NCBI GenBank assembly: GCA_900088475.1
Contig: FLMG01002847.1
Span: 1 to 32,721, forward strand
Length of the DNA: 32,721 nt
From: Hyphochytrium catenoides
Taxonomy: Eukaryota; Protista; Hyphochytriomycota
Direction of reading: 5' to 3'
Position numbers and translations under genes: made by a program. The notes beneath the pieces were generated by a model that saw only the letters and a list, made by a program, of their open reading frames with translations, had not been told where the DNA came from and ran no database searches. Positions 10,501-22,046 of this stretch are shown here, in pieces (the first letter of the stretch is position 1; each line of letters starts with the position of its first letter).

Positions 10501-12625
10501 CTGGCTCTGATCCTCCTGCAGAGCAGCATCGATCTTCTCGACCTCCTTTGAGAGCCGCTCTACGTTGCACAGGGCTTCGGTGATCGAACCCACCAGCGCT
10601 TGGGTCTGCAGAATAACGGTAGCTTCAATGAGGACATTCAGGGTAATAGTTTCTCTGGCCGATGCAACCACCGAGAGACTCTCCCTTTTTTTCTCTCTCT
10701 CTCTGCCTCTCTCTCCCTCTGTCTGTCTTTCCCTCTCGATGTGTTTGGTTTCCTCCACTGTCTTCTCGGCCTCGTTGTTGCTCCCGCTCTCCTCTTGCGC
10801 TCAATGCTTTGAGTTTGCTGCCGTCATGCTCGCGGCCGATATTCCCCCCGTCTTCAATCTATCACTTTGGAAAGCTGAGGCTATGCATGCTCTGGTCTGG
10901 CTTGTCATTAACCTCCTTGTGTATCTCTAGAGGCTCTCTTCCTTCGTCTTTCTCTCTTTTGCGGTCCCTTTCCTAGCTCATCACTTTCGTACCTGGTCCT
11001 CAGTGACTTTCTTTACGTTCTCCACCGCAGTCTTCTCCATTTGCTCGCTGAGCTGGTCCCCCATCTCTCTCATCTCTGTCTGCAAGGTCTCCATCTGGCC
11101 GACCAGCAGATCCATACTGTCCTCCACGTCCTGCCTCAAGATGCTTTGTTGCTCTTCCGCATGCTTCTGAAGCTGTGCTGTCATGTCCTCTAGCTGCTTA
11201 CGCAGCAGAGAGTGTTGCTTCTCTACTCTTGCCCTCTCCTCTCCCATTTGCTGGCTGACCGCCTTGTTCTTCTCGGCGACTAAGTTCTTCAGCCTGCTCT
11301 CAAGACTGGCCATGGCATCCTCCTGTCGCCGCATGTCCGTTGAGAGCTGCGTCCAGATGCAGGTGTTAAGATCTACAGCTATTTACGAAGGTAGCAACAA
11401 GAGACAAAGAATGAGAATGGAAGGGCACCTGAGTAGCAAGCTCTGACAGTTTCCCCTCTAGATTGTCGAACTCGCTGACTGAAACCTAGGGACACAGGAC
11501 AGAAGAAAGTGGTGAGGAAGGTGAGTCTCCGTATCCTTCTCTGTCTCGGTCATTCTATCTCCTGGTCTTGGTTACTCTCGCTCATGCCTCTAGAGTTCTC
11601 TTCTCTCTCACCTTCCGCTCCATCTGGAGGCGAATATTGTCCAGCTCCGCTCGCATGAGCTCATCTTGGCCACTGTCTCTGAGCTCTTGGAGCTCCACCC
11701 TCTTCTCAACCATACTCCTTAAGGATACCGCTAGCGACTCCACGCGGAGCAGCTCTCGGTCGATGAAGCTCCGATAATCTTCATCACTGACCGCAGAGAC
11801 TTCATCATCAGTCACAGAAGCCACATCTCCGTCCTGATTGGAGGCTGTGCGCTTCACTTTCAGCGAATTGCCTGACCGCAATTGCAGCAGCCGTGGTCTT
11901 CTAGTGCTACCTTTGCTCCGTGTCTCTGACGGTGATCCGACCGCTAGCGCTTGGCTTACTCCTTCTGGATCTGGAGTGGTCTCTATGACCGGCGGCAGGA
12001 CGGAAGAGGTGCCAAGCTGAGGAGCCGCACCGCCAAGCTGGCTCTTCATCTACCAGAGAGTGAGTCAAGTCAGGTCAATGCGCAGATGAACATTTTGTGA
12101 GGTAGTTGACAGAGCAGAGAGAGGAGAGCCACAGGGACCGAGAGGGGGAGGTGCAGGTTTATTATAAGAGTAATATAAAGACAGAGAGGAGAGAAGAAAG
12201 AGAGAGTTCAAGTGAGAGAGAGAGAGATTATGAGAGAGGGAGAGATTGTGTGTGTGTGAGAGAGAGAGAGAGAAAGAGATAAAGAGAGAGGAAGATATGC
12301 CGAAACCCAGAGGGTTGATATGAACATCGTAAAGAGGAGAACGGGCCGGAGAGAGAGGAAGGGATACAATCCTCACCGCCTCGAGCTCCAGCTTGGTCTT
12401 CTCATGGTCGAGAGTTAGCTTTGAGAGCAGCTGGTGCATCTCCTGACACCACTGAGGCTGCTTCCTCACCACCTGGCCCATCCCGTCCTCACATTGTTCA
12501 ATGCGCTGGGCTAGCCAAGATAGAACCTCCAGCAGCGGGCGGTCATTGACGTACAGCTCTGGCTCGTTCTTCCATCTCAAGTTTCTAAGCCTTGGCGGCG
12601 CGTTGTTGTCTGTCCCTTGACTCAT
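7543..12625 (-). CDS. Large coiled-coil protein (about 10 exons) with a C-terminal CxxC motif; function unknown
   Basis: Heptad-rich exons (ORFs at 12065-12646, 11582-12049, 10981-11334, 10285-10758, 9710-10087, 9013-9426, 8646-8900, 7543-8214, plus small exons near 11429-11485 and 8416-8531) join in frame through GT-AG introns. Starts MSQGTDNNAPPRL; ends ...VCGTCNRAL...FVYKGGFKMP...KFPRI*. Confidence 0.78.
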
Positions 12626-13124
12626 CCTCTCTCTTCTTTGTGTCACAGTCTACTTTCTCAGGAGTGAGCTGTCATGCTAGTAGGCGCTAAGAGGTTAGGT
12701 GGGAGAGATGGGGAAGAGAGAGAAAAGAGAGAGTGAGAATAGGAGACAAAGGATATTGAGATACTGCCACCACTGATGCTGTCCAGGAAAAGTAAATATT
12801 GAACAAGAGAGAGGGAGAGAAAGAGAGGGAGAGAGGGGCTCTAGCCTATGGCTCGGCCAAGGTAGAGCCAAGTCAGGGGCGAAGGGAAGAAGAGAGATGG
12901 AAGACGCTGCAGGAGGAGGAGGAGGTGGGGGCAACAGGGGAGAGATGAAGCCAACTAGCGGTCAGAAGCCCAGGGAGTAGCATCAAGAAAAATAGACAGA
13001 AGTGCGTGACAGGAATGTTCTAGGGATGCGAAGGAGAGGGCGATGAAGGTGGCTCTGAGGGGACGAGCGCTTGATTGCCCTATCTAGACGGGAAGATATA
13101 CCCGCACTCAAGGGCGGAGGAGGA

Positions 13125-13452
13125 GCGAGAGAGAGGAGAAGAGACAGAGAGAGAGAAAGAGAGAGAAAGTGAGAGACCCAAAGAGTGCAAGGATGGTCGG
13201 CCAGGATAAGAAAGAAGCAAGCAGAAGTGGATCAATCAACAAGTTACACGGGGCGGAAGGAAGAGTGTCCAAGAGACAAACCCAGAGAGTTTAGGTAGAG
13301 TGAGAGAGAGAGCGAGTGAGAGAGAGAGAGTGAGCGAGAGAGAGACTCAGGAAGTTAACAGAGCAAAGAAAGCGGGTTGGGGAGAGAGAGAGTGAGAGTG
13401 AATGAGACAGAGGGAGAGAGAGAGAGAGAGACAGAGAGAAGGGGAGAGAGAG
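13125..13452. repeat. GA-rich microsatellite/purine tracts in the intergenic region
   Basis: Directly visible interrupted (GA)n/(GAGT) runs. Confidence 0.85.
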
Positions 13453-13576
13453 ATCCTAACATTGTATGTAACGGATGACTGAAAGTCTCTTTAAGGTTTA
13501 TACAAATTAGCCCTTATATGCCTAGGCTGATTCCTTAAAGCGCCTCGCACAGGGGTGGACTTCCTGATGTTTCCGA

Positions 13577-16500
13577 TCAGGCGCTCTGCAGCGCACTCAG
13601 AGCCTGCGATGACGGCAGCTGATCAGTCTCTGCGGCTTGTCTACCTGCCTCTAGAGCCTCAGATAGAAGTCGGTCACGCACCTCTCGCAGCTCCTCGCCT
13701 CCCTTTGCTTCGGCCCCACTTAAGGGAGGATAGTCCCAGTGGTTGAGCTCGTGACGCTTGCCAATGAAGCTCAAACAGTCAGCCAACGGGGCCGCTGAGG
13801 CGTCGAGGAAACGTTCCCACTGCAGAGGAAGAAAGAGCAATAGAGAGACAAAGAGAAAGAGAGAGCACAGCTAAGGTCAGACAGGGGATCCTGTTAAGGG
13901 CAACCAAGCGGTCCTGGCCCGTACCGGAAGATTCTCGGTAATCTCCCGATGGTGGAGAACAGCTTCTGGCAGATCTCCAACGAGGCGAATATCCACCGTC
14001 ACATCGAACACCTGATGGCGTAGGCGGAAGGGTTAAAGGGACGAGGGTCTAGCTCTGCACGCTGCTTTCTAAGCGCCTTACATCAGTAATCTCCGTCAGC
14101 TTGTCCTCTCTGGTCCTGATAATGTCATAGAAAGAACCAATGCCGCCCTCGAGCACTATTTTTGTCCCGTCTGCTGCAACCACGGGCACTGTCTCTCCAT
14201 CAGTCACAGACATGGGAGGAAAACGTAAGCCTAGTATGACAACATACCTTTGACTGACGCTTCTTTCTGTTTGTCAGTTCCGTCCTTCTTGGCTTGCAGC
14301 CGCTCTAAGAAGGCCGTGACGGAGGATATAGGGCCCGTCACCGTGGCAACTAAGAGGAGAAGGGTGTTGCACGTTGAACTAATGCCAGCGGCGGCGCTGC
14401 TGCAGCCTGCTTGGAGCGAGAATGTAGGGCTAAGTGATTGAGAGGCAAGCGACGGGAGAGAGCAGCACCAGGGAGTACCACGGTCACAGAGGCATCAATG
14501 GAGATAAGCTTATCGAAAGCGCCAGAAAGTGGAAGATATACATCGTTTGTCTGACCGTGAGAATCGAAAAGATTCGTGACATTCTTGCAGCCGAGACGGC
14601 TGACCAGAGAGCTTTGTAGAGTGAGCGCGAAGGTGACGAGGTACATCAGATCCACACGATACTGCGCAATCTTCCCTCTGGAGGGCAGGATGGCCATGTA
14701 CTTCTGAGCAAATATTCTCACTGCAGGGAAAGTTTGTTAGAAAGACGACGAGGAATTCCGTAGAGGACTCTCCCGCGAGATATTTATAGTGAAGCGGAGC
14801 TTTGGGAAGATATGTTTGCTTGTAGGGAGAGGGCCACGGCGCGCCAAAGGGACAGTGGAGAGTTGAGAGACCAACTGAGTGAGAGGGGAAAGGAAAGAGC
14901 TAGCTCTTACGTGTCGTGTCGAGTGCCATCATGAACGCTTCAACTAGTGCTGAGGTTGCAACTGGCGCAGCGCTAGCGGGCGTAGCACTGAGGCAGTCGC
15001 TAATGATATAGAGCAAGCCCTTGAGGTGCATGTGCCAGGCCTGAATTGAGTAACTGCAGCGCTTGCCCTCAAAGAAGTGACGATGGCTCTTCCAGAACTG
15101 CCCACGAAGGCAAGAGGATAGGGAAATAAACTTAGGCGCTACTCGGTCACTTTGAGCGGCACCCTACTGACCTGCTCGTCCACTCCGACTAGTATGTATG
15201 CCCTAACATAGAACTCGACATTGGCTACTAGCTCACGAACCAGCGCGGACATCAACCCTTGGATCTCAAGGCTGATCTGTGCGCCAGCAGAGAGCCTACT
15301 CAGCTCACGCCAAAGCAGCATGTTTAACAAACGCGCTCTTACCCCATTCAGAGTCTGATCGACCCAGCGAGCATCAGCATTGGCCGCGCTTCCTCGAGGA
15401 CGCGAGCTGGAGTGATTCTCTAGCAGTGGCCGCATGTCTGCCCAAAACTGCAGCAGTACAGCGACTCCGGTGATGCCGCTCACGATTGTTCGCTTCGAAG
15501 TGTGAGGAGTGAGAACTTGGGTGCGGACCCAGGCGCTGAGGTTATCCAGCTCGATTTTGGTGATGTGGATGTATGTCCTGCACGGCCGTGACGGACAAGA
15601 ATTAGAAGTTAACCGAAGGCAACAAGCAGTCTGACAACTGGCAAAATGACATCAATATCAAAGCCTTCCCTTTCTCGCTCTGCTTATGACGCCTTGGATT
15701 TATCCCTTTTCTATTTGAGTTGACTTACCTCAGCCAGTGACGGCTGTACTTTGCGATATAACCCGCGAACAGTCCTGACCAACTGGAGAGAGTGGAAGCC
15801 AAGAGGAGGCACTGGTCATGAATCACTTGATGTTGAACGATATCATGCTCCGTAGCGCTGAAGGTCCAATTCCAGTCAGCTAACGAAGGACAGTACAGCT
15901 CCTGCGACTGATGGTGAGCACTGAAGCTAGGGAGAGCAAATTATAGGGGAGATACGCAAGAGACACCAACAGCAGACAGGCTATAAAGAAAATAGTGCAA
16001 GAGTAGATCGGGAGAAACGAAGACAGTTATGGCAGTGCCACCTCCTGGGAGACGAGGGAGGAGGACTAGGCCGAACGTGAGGCCGACCACGCATACCTGA
16101 ATCCGTGAGTGAAGCACTTTGGACTCAAGGAAGATGGACGCGGAAGCATGCATGGCGAACATGACATCCATCCGCTCCAGCTCTGCCATGGTCCCTATTG
16201 ACAGAATGATTAGGATAAGAGAGTCGCTGCTCTCTTTCTGAAAAGCTAAGAAACCAACGACCAGTCCAGGTCAAAGGGAAATCTTGCCGTAGGAACATGG
16301 AGGCATAGGAACAGAGGCCACAGTAGATGCCGAAATGATGACAGAAAGTACTCTCCAGGTGAAGAGACAGCCAGGGTTGTCGCAAGAGATATGGTAACAT
16401 GTAGAGCGGTTTGGATAAAAGAGGTAGCGGGTGACGAGAGGATAGAGAGAGAACGTACAAACACACACACAGACGTCGTGAAAGAGAGAGAAGAAGAGAG

Positions 16501-19230
16501 AGACAGGGAGAGACACAGAGAAGGAGGGGGAGGTTGTTAATGGCAATAAATGCAGGAGTTCTGTTCGACCTGCCCAGAAAACGTCCATGAGCGCATCGAT
16601 AAACTTAGTCATCACAGTCTGGGACTGGACAAGGGTGAACGAGCTGGGCACCGGGCTAACCCTCCTCTGCAGCGTCGTGCTGCCTCTCTTCGCTTTGAGA
16701 ATGAGGGGATTCTTGGCATCCTTCGCTACTTCCTTGCCGCCCTCAGCCTTAAGTGAACTCCGTCTGCCTGCGCCAAAGTGTTTCGCGATGTCTGGATGAT
16801 CAGCTAGAAACAGAAGCATGCGGCAGAGGAGTCACCGTCAATCCCGTCGGCTAATGTATCAGGAAGTCCCGCTACGGGCAAGCAGTTGAGCAGTTGCAGC
16901 AGAAGGACAGCGGAAGAGAAGCCTGCTTGCGCTAATCAAAGAACCAGAGAGTGAACATTGAAGAAGAAAGCAGTACAAAGGTCCAAGCAGGCCAGCGTTA
17001 TTCGTGAACAGCTTATCTTCCCCTATTACCTAGGGACGGCCGGTTTTTCCTAAACGTTGAGCTCACGAAGGGGAGATCTTCACCCTGCTCTTCCGTTCCA
17101 GGAGGGGCCTTCTCCGTAGACAGCCAGTGGCGGAACACTTTCAGCAGATCAGCGGCAAAGTCATTGCAATCTAGCGCGATCTGCTTCCAGCATGGTTCCG
17201 TCGAGGTAGCTATGGCGTAGAGATAGCCTGAGAGCTCCCACCTTCGCATGAGGATGTGGATTCCTGCCCTCAGAGCCTCCCAATACCTGGAGACGCACAT
17301 TAAGGAACAAGCGTGAGAAACAGTTCCAGGTTCACGGAGAGCGCACGCGACGACAGAAGAGGCGGTTTACTTGGTGAAGTATAGATCGCGAATCAAAGCG
17401 ATGATGGGGTCACCCACGACTTGGCCTTGGTCTGCCACCTCCCCGGCTGCTAATAAGCCGAGCCCAATACTCGGCTCTTCTCCCACCCCCCAAGAGCCGG
17501 CTAGGACGTCAAGATCCTGAGATGCAGCGAATCAGCTTAGCAGGCGCCTCATACTAAGACAAGAGAGAGATACACAGAAACAAAGAGAGAGAGAAGAGGA
17601 AGAGGGAGAGGGAGAGGGAGGCAAGGCGAGATACCTGATAGATCATCCCTAAGATCGTGCCTCCCAGGGACCGTAGATGGCTGATCACAGCCCTACCTTC
17701 CTGGGAGATAATTGTGACCATGGCGTTTATCACGGGGTCATCCTGCTTTGCCACACTTCCGCTCTCTACAACGACCCGTCACGATACATAGCAGTTGAAG
17801 GAAGAACGTAGCGAAAAGTCAATGAATCTCAAAGGAGGCGAAGGCCATGGATAACTATAAAAGACCGACGTGAAGCGGAGAATAGACGTGAAACTTGAAA
17901 GAGCGGCGAAGGGGCTGGATCGAAGCTCCAGGGTTAGGTGAGGAAGGACTGCTTGGCGGAACAGAGTAAACTTAACGGAGAGATTTGCAAGTTGAAGTCT
18001 TAAGCGCTACCTCTGGCCATAAGCGTCTTCTTCCTTGGATCATGTGCTAAAGGATTGCCTGCTGCCAGTGCAAGGAGGACCTCTGCAGTGGTCAACAAGC
18101 TCTTAACATCCTGTTTCACAGTGTTGAGGAGCTTGAAACGAGCCTTGTTGAGCATGTTCGTCATCGACACAGTTTTCTCCTTCGAAGCTTCGACCTTCAC
18201 CACCGCTGGCTGGGGTTTGCAAGCCTCCTTCGCCTCGTCCAGCATCTTCTCTGTCGTCGCCGGTGTGACATCAATAGCTAAAGGCTTGTAGCTGGCGCTC
18301 AAATGGCGGAGACGCGCTGCTTTGAAGAGTTCCCATGCTGCCTTGGGATCTGGGCACAGGGCAAAGAGGAGAGAGAGAATGAAGGACCGCTCTCGTGGAG
18401 AGGAAGAGTTCAGACCAGAGCTCTTAGACTTGAGCACCTCATCTAGCAGTCGCCGAGCTTCATCTATCACCTGCGGCACCAAGCGAGAAGATGAAGAGCT
18501 TTCAAATAGATCTACGGGGTCAAGCATGGAAGAGAGGCGCACAGAGGAGGAGGAAGACGTGCCAGCGAAATATCGGGCATAGCAGACTGAAAAAAAGATT
18601 AGCAGAATGAAGAGAAAAGTTGAAGGCGAGCACAGACTTCAATAAGGGGGAGCTGCTGCCAAACTTAGCAGCTTCGAAGAAAGCCGTACCGGCATGTCTT
18701 TCTGCAGCGGAGGACCGTCGATGTTGCCCGTTGGCTCTGGGTTACCCTCCGACAAAGGCTCAGCCTTGACCTCCGTAGGGAATAACGTGGATCTCCTATA
18801 GGCGCCTTCCTGCTGCACGAAGGAGATGATGGAAGCGATCTGAAGGTACGAGAGAAAGAGCTTATCCTTGTTCCCTTCAGGGCTAGCAATCGCAGCAGTT
18901 AGCGCTTCCCGCTGTGATGAAGAGAGAAGAAAAGAGTCTGAGGCTGCCAACTTCCTCAAGTGCTTGACGTCTGAGTCCAGCCGGGCTAGCCCTCCGTCCA
19001 GGTTCGCCTTCACGGCAGTTATTCTCTTTTCCACGTCATCGAGGTGACTGGCGGCGAGCTCCAACTCACGCCTTCCAGCTGCGCCAAGATAAGAGATCAT
19101 AGAGATAAGAGAAGAGAGCAAGAGAGTTTAACGCAGAGTACTAGCTGCCACCTTGGAAGTAAGGATAGGTCTTACCGTGAGTTGAAAGCTTGCGCGTGGC
19201 GCGGCGGTTGATCCCGCCTTCCCGTCGCAT
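13577..19230 (-). CDS. KIAA0825/DUF4495-like large alpha-helical protein (about 16 exons)
   Basis: Phase-compatible GT-AG exon chain from ATG 19230 (MRREGGINRRATRKLSTHAGRRELEL) to stop 13577. The spliced C-terminal half has DEQ|FWKSHRHFFEGKRCSYSIQAWHMHL...LRIFAQKYMAILPSRGKIAQYRVDL...CNTLLLLVATVTGPI. This matches, in order, the KIAA0825 motifs as I recall them (HW..YKAFYEGERCSFSIQMW; LLASRYARAHPSRKR..QLRLD; CNNL..L.ILTAPL). A few internal junctions are ambiguous. Confidence 0.75.
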
Positions 19231-19939
19231 CTCTCCGACAGGATCTCTGGCTTAGCGCAATGGTCTAATTGGCTGATGTGAAGGAAGAATCGGGCCGAAC
19301 TGTCTGATCGCTGCCGATAATCTTCATCGAGGCTCCGATGTCTGCGCTCTGTCAGAGAAGAGAGACGGGCCCCGGGACCGAGGCCGCCGTGCCGCTTGGC
19401 TCTGATGCAGTGCACTCCCTCTCTCCCTCCTCCTCCTCCTTGGGCCGCCTCCTGTGTAACGCCTGCCACTGTTCCGTCGTAACTCTCAGTCATAATTCAC
19501 AGCCAGGACTGTCAAATATGCAAGACCGTGAACAGCGAGTTGAGGCATGTCCCTTCATATCTCACAATATAACTGACAAGATGTCAGGAATGCTTGTATT
19601 TGACAGCGCCAAGTTAAAAGGTGGCGCGATCATCAGAACCCTCAGAAGCTTCAGCTGATGGCCAAAGCGCGGCGGCACCGTGCGGGAGAGAGGCCAAGCT
19701 TCTCTGAGCCCTGTCCATGGACCTCAACAGAGGGGCACGGGCAGTGGAACACTAGCGAACTCTGTAGAGTCTTTGACTGAGATTCTTGCTTTTCCCACTG
19801 CAGACTGATCCAGTTTCTCCAGAAAGATTTGTCCCTTTGAAGCCCGCACTGCTCTGTGGTTAATCGTTTTAATTAACTAGCACTAGCCTTTTGAAGAGTC
19901 TCTGGGCGCAATCAGCCTCTGACAAGTCGGATTGAAAGC

Positions 19940-21625
19940 ATGGGCGCTACAAGGTGGACTGCGATTTTTATCGCCGGGCTTGCCATACTGGCAGGAGCTC
20001 TGTACTCTCCCTATAGCCCTGTTGGACGGAAGGTAAGCAAGCCCAAGCATTGCCTACAACTTAAACAAAGATAAAAAGCCTCGTATTGCGTGTCCACGCG
20101 ACCCTCCAACCCTACCCAGTCCGCTAACTATGTAGCTGCAGCACCATGATGGACGGGACCTCCTCCACAGAGACAGCATGCGGGCTGCCGTTTACACAGC
20201 TTATGGGGAGGCCGAAAATGTGAGCTTGACAGGATCCATTTTGCGCTAACCACCAATGCTCAGGTTTTTGACAAATTCTGTGTAGGTTCTGGACATCAGG
20301 GACGTGCCGGTGCCCCATTTTGCAGACAATGATCTGCTGATAGAAGTTCACAGTGCTGCTCTCAACCCGGTCGACTGGAAGTTTATTCGCGGGACTCATG
20401 CCTTTGTCTTCAAGCTTCTCATGAGAGGCTCTCCTTCAACAGGTAGAGGAAGGCAGTAAGCCATGCAGTCGGATCAATGCGCACCCTCCTGAGCTCAGCT
20501 CTCTCTCTACCCGGCCTTATATCCATAGAAAACGCCTTCCAGACCGGCTTCGATTTAGCTGGAAAAGTAGTGGCTGTTGGTCCTGGAGTCTCTGGCTTTC
20601 AAGTGGGCGATGAGGTGAGACTAACTCCTCTTCAAGGCTCGCAGCTCTGGCATTTGCTCTGAGGCAGGTGCGGTGACAGGTCTATGCAATGGCACATTTC
20701 TTGAATTGTGGGTCGCTGGCTGAGTACATTGCGGTAGATGCCGGTCTCGTGGCAAAGAAACCCAAGACTCTGACCTGGGACCAAGCAGGTGACATAAGCT
20801 TTAACCTTCCTGCGATATGGTCAATGTAACAGCGAAGCGTCTCCCGTCCCTGACCCTATAGCGTCCTTGCCACTGGCCGGTTTGACCTCTTTCCAAGCGC
20901 TGAAAGCTGCAAACTTGAAGGAAGGGGATCGTGTGCTTATCCTAGGAGGTAAAGGCTGAGCTTCTACTGGCTTATTCTTGGTCCATGGAAGCTGATCTCT
21001 AGGTTCAGGAAGCAGCGGAACAGGAAGTTTGGCCGTCCAGTTGGCCAAGGAAAAGAAGGCGTTCGTGGTGACCACTTGCGGAAAGCGTAATTTTGATTTC
21101 TGCCGCCAGATGGGCGCTGACCAAGTGTTAGACTATAAGACTCAGGACTGGGCCTCAGTTCTTGAGCCGAAGTCGCTGGATGTAGTTTATGTACGTTCTC
21201 GCAGCGGGGACTATGCAGCATGGCTTGTGCAAAGCTCACCGCGACATCTTTATGTATAGGACTGCGTAGAAGGAGGAGAAGCCTATCATAAGTCACTCAA
21301 GGTGCTACGGCCTGGCGGACACTTTATCACCATCGTCGGAGACGAACAGAAGGAGCTCACGGTGGGCACCATACTAGAGGCTGGCTTTACCATAGCCCAG
21401 AAAAAGATACGTTCGCTTCTCAGTGATGAAGTACCAAGCTATAATTTCATCGTTACCAAGACAAACGGCGCAGACCTGGCTTCCTTGAAAGCTTTGGTGG
21501 AGGCTGGCAAGCTGGTACCGGTAGTTGACTCAACATACAGTCTGGAGGATGCCAAACAAGCCTTTGCTAGACAGAAGGGCGGTCATGCCACTGGAAAAGT
21601 GGTTGTCCAAGTCAAGCGAGACTAG
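19940..21625 (+). CDS. MDR-superfamily NADPH:quinone/alkenal oxidoreductase-like protein (RTN4IP1/AOR-like, zinc-free type) with an N-terminal hydrophobic anchor
   Basis: Eight exons, GT-AG. Motifs MRAAVYTAYG, LLIEVHSAALNPVDWK, GFDLAGKVVAVG, GSLAEYI, SLPLAGLTSFQAL, VLILGG..SSGTGSLAVQLAK, GADQVLDYK, GHATGKVVV. N-terminus MGATRWTAIFIAGLAILAGALYS. Confidence 0.92.
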
Positions 21626-21706
21626 CCGTCACGTCTCGCTACATTAGCTCATTTAGTCCGTGACACTTTTAGCTCCTTAGGGGTTGCTGTCACTGATTGC
21701 CCATTG

Positions 21707-21712
21707 AATAAA
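21707..21712 (+). promoter_or_regulatory. Possible polyadenylation signal AATAAA
   Basis: AATAAA about 80 nt downstream of the oxidoreductase stop; use of this signal in this organism is unverified. Confidence 0.3.
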
Positions 21713-22046
21713 AGTCAAGCTCTATGCCGCTTCCGTGTACCTCTCCTTCCTGCTATTGACCTTCTCTACTCGCCCTGGCCCTTCGCCCAACCTCGCAACG
21801 AAAGCCATTTATCGTCTTCTTGGCTACTTCAGCTCGTCTCTAGGAGGACTCTCTGGCTCTGTATCATTGGCTTGTGATGTCGCCGGCTCTTCGTTTACTG
21901 CCGGGAGTTTTCTATTTGTGGTCATTGTGCCGGTTAGTCTTTTTCTTTGCCTACTTGTGCCGGGTTGTCCTGGCAAGTCGTCTCCTTCGTCAATTTGTTG
22001 AACAGCTTTGATCGCTTTATAGCTTAGCCAAAGCCGGCGGACTCGT

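Noticed and set aside
11575-11611. Possible GC-AG intron or premature stop in the coiled-coil gene (GAG|GCATGA)
   Set aside because: A canonical phase-0 donor AAG|GTGAGA at 11611 joins the next exon in frame.
19128-19493. 121-aa ORF as the first exon of the KIAA0825-like gene
   Set aside because: Its phase at the GTAAG donor does not match the next acceptor; the frame starting at ATG 19230 does.
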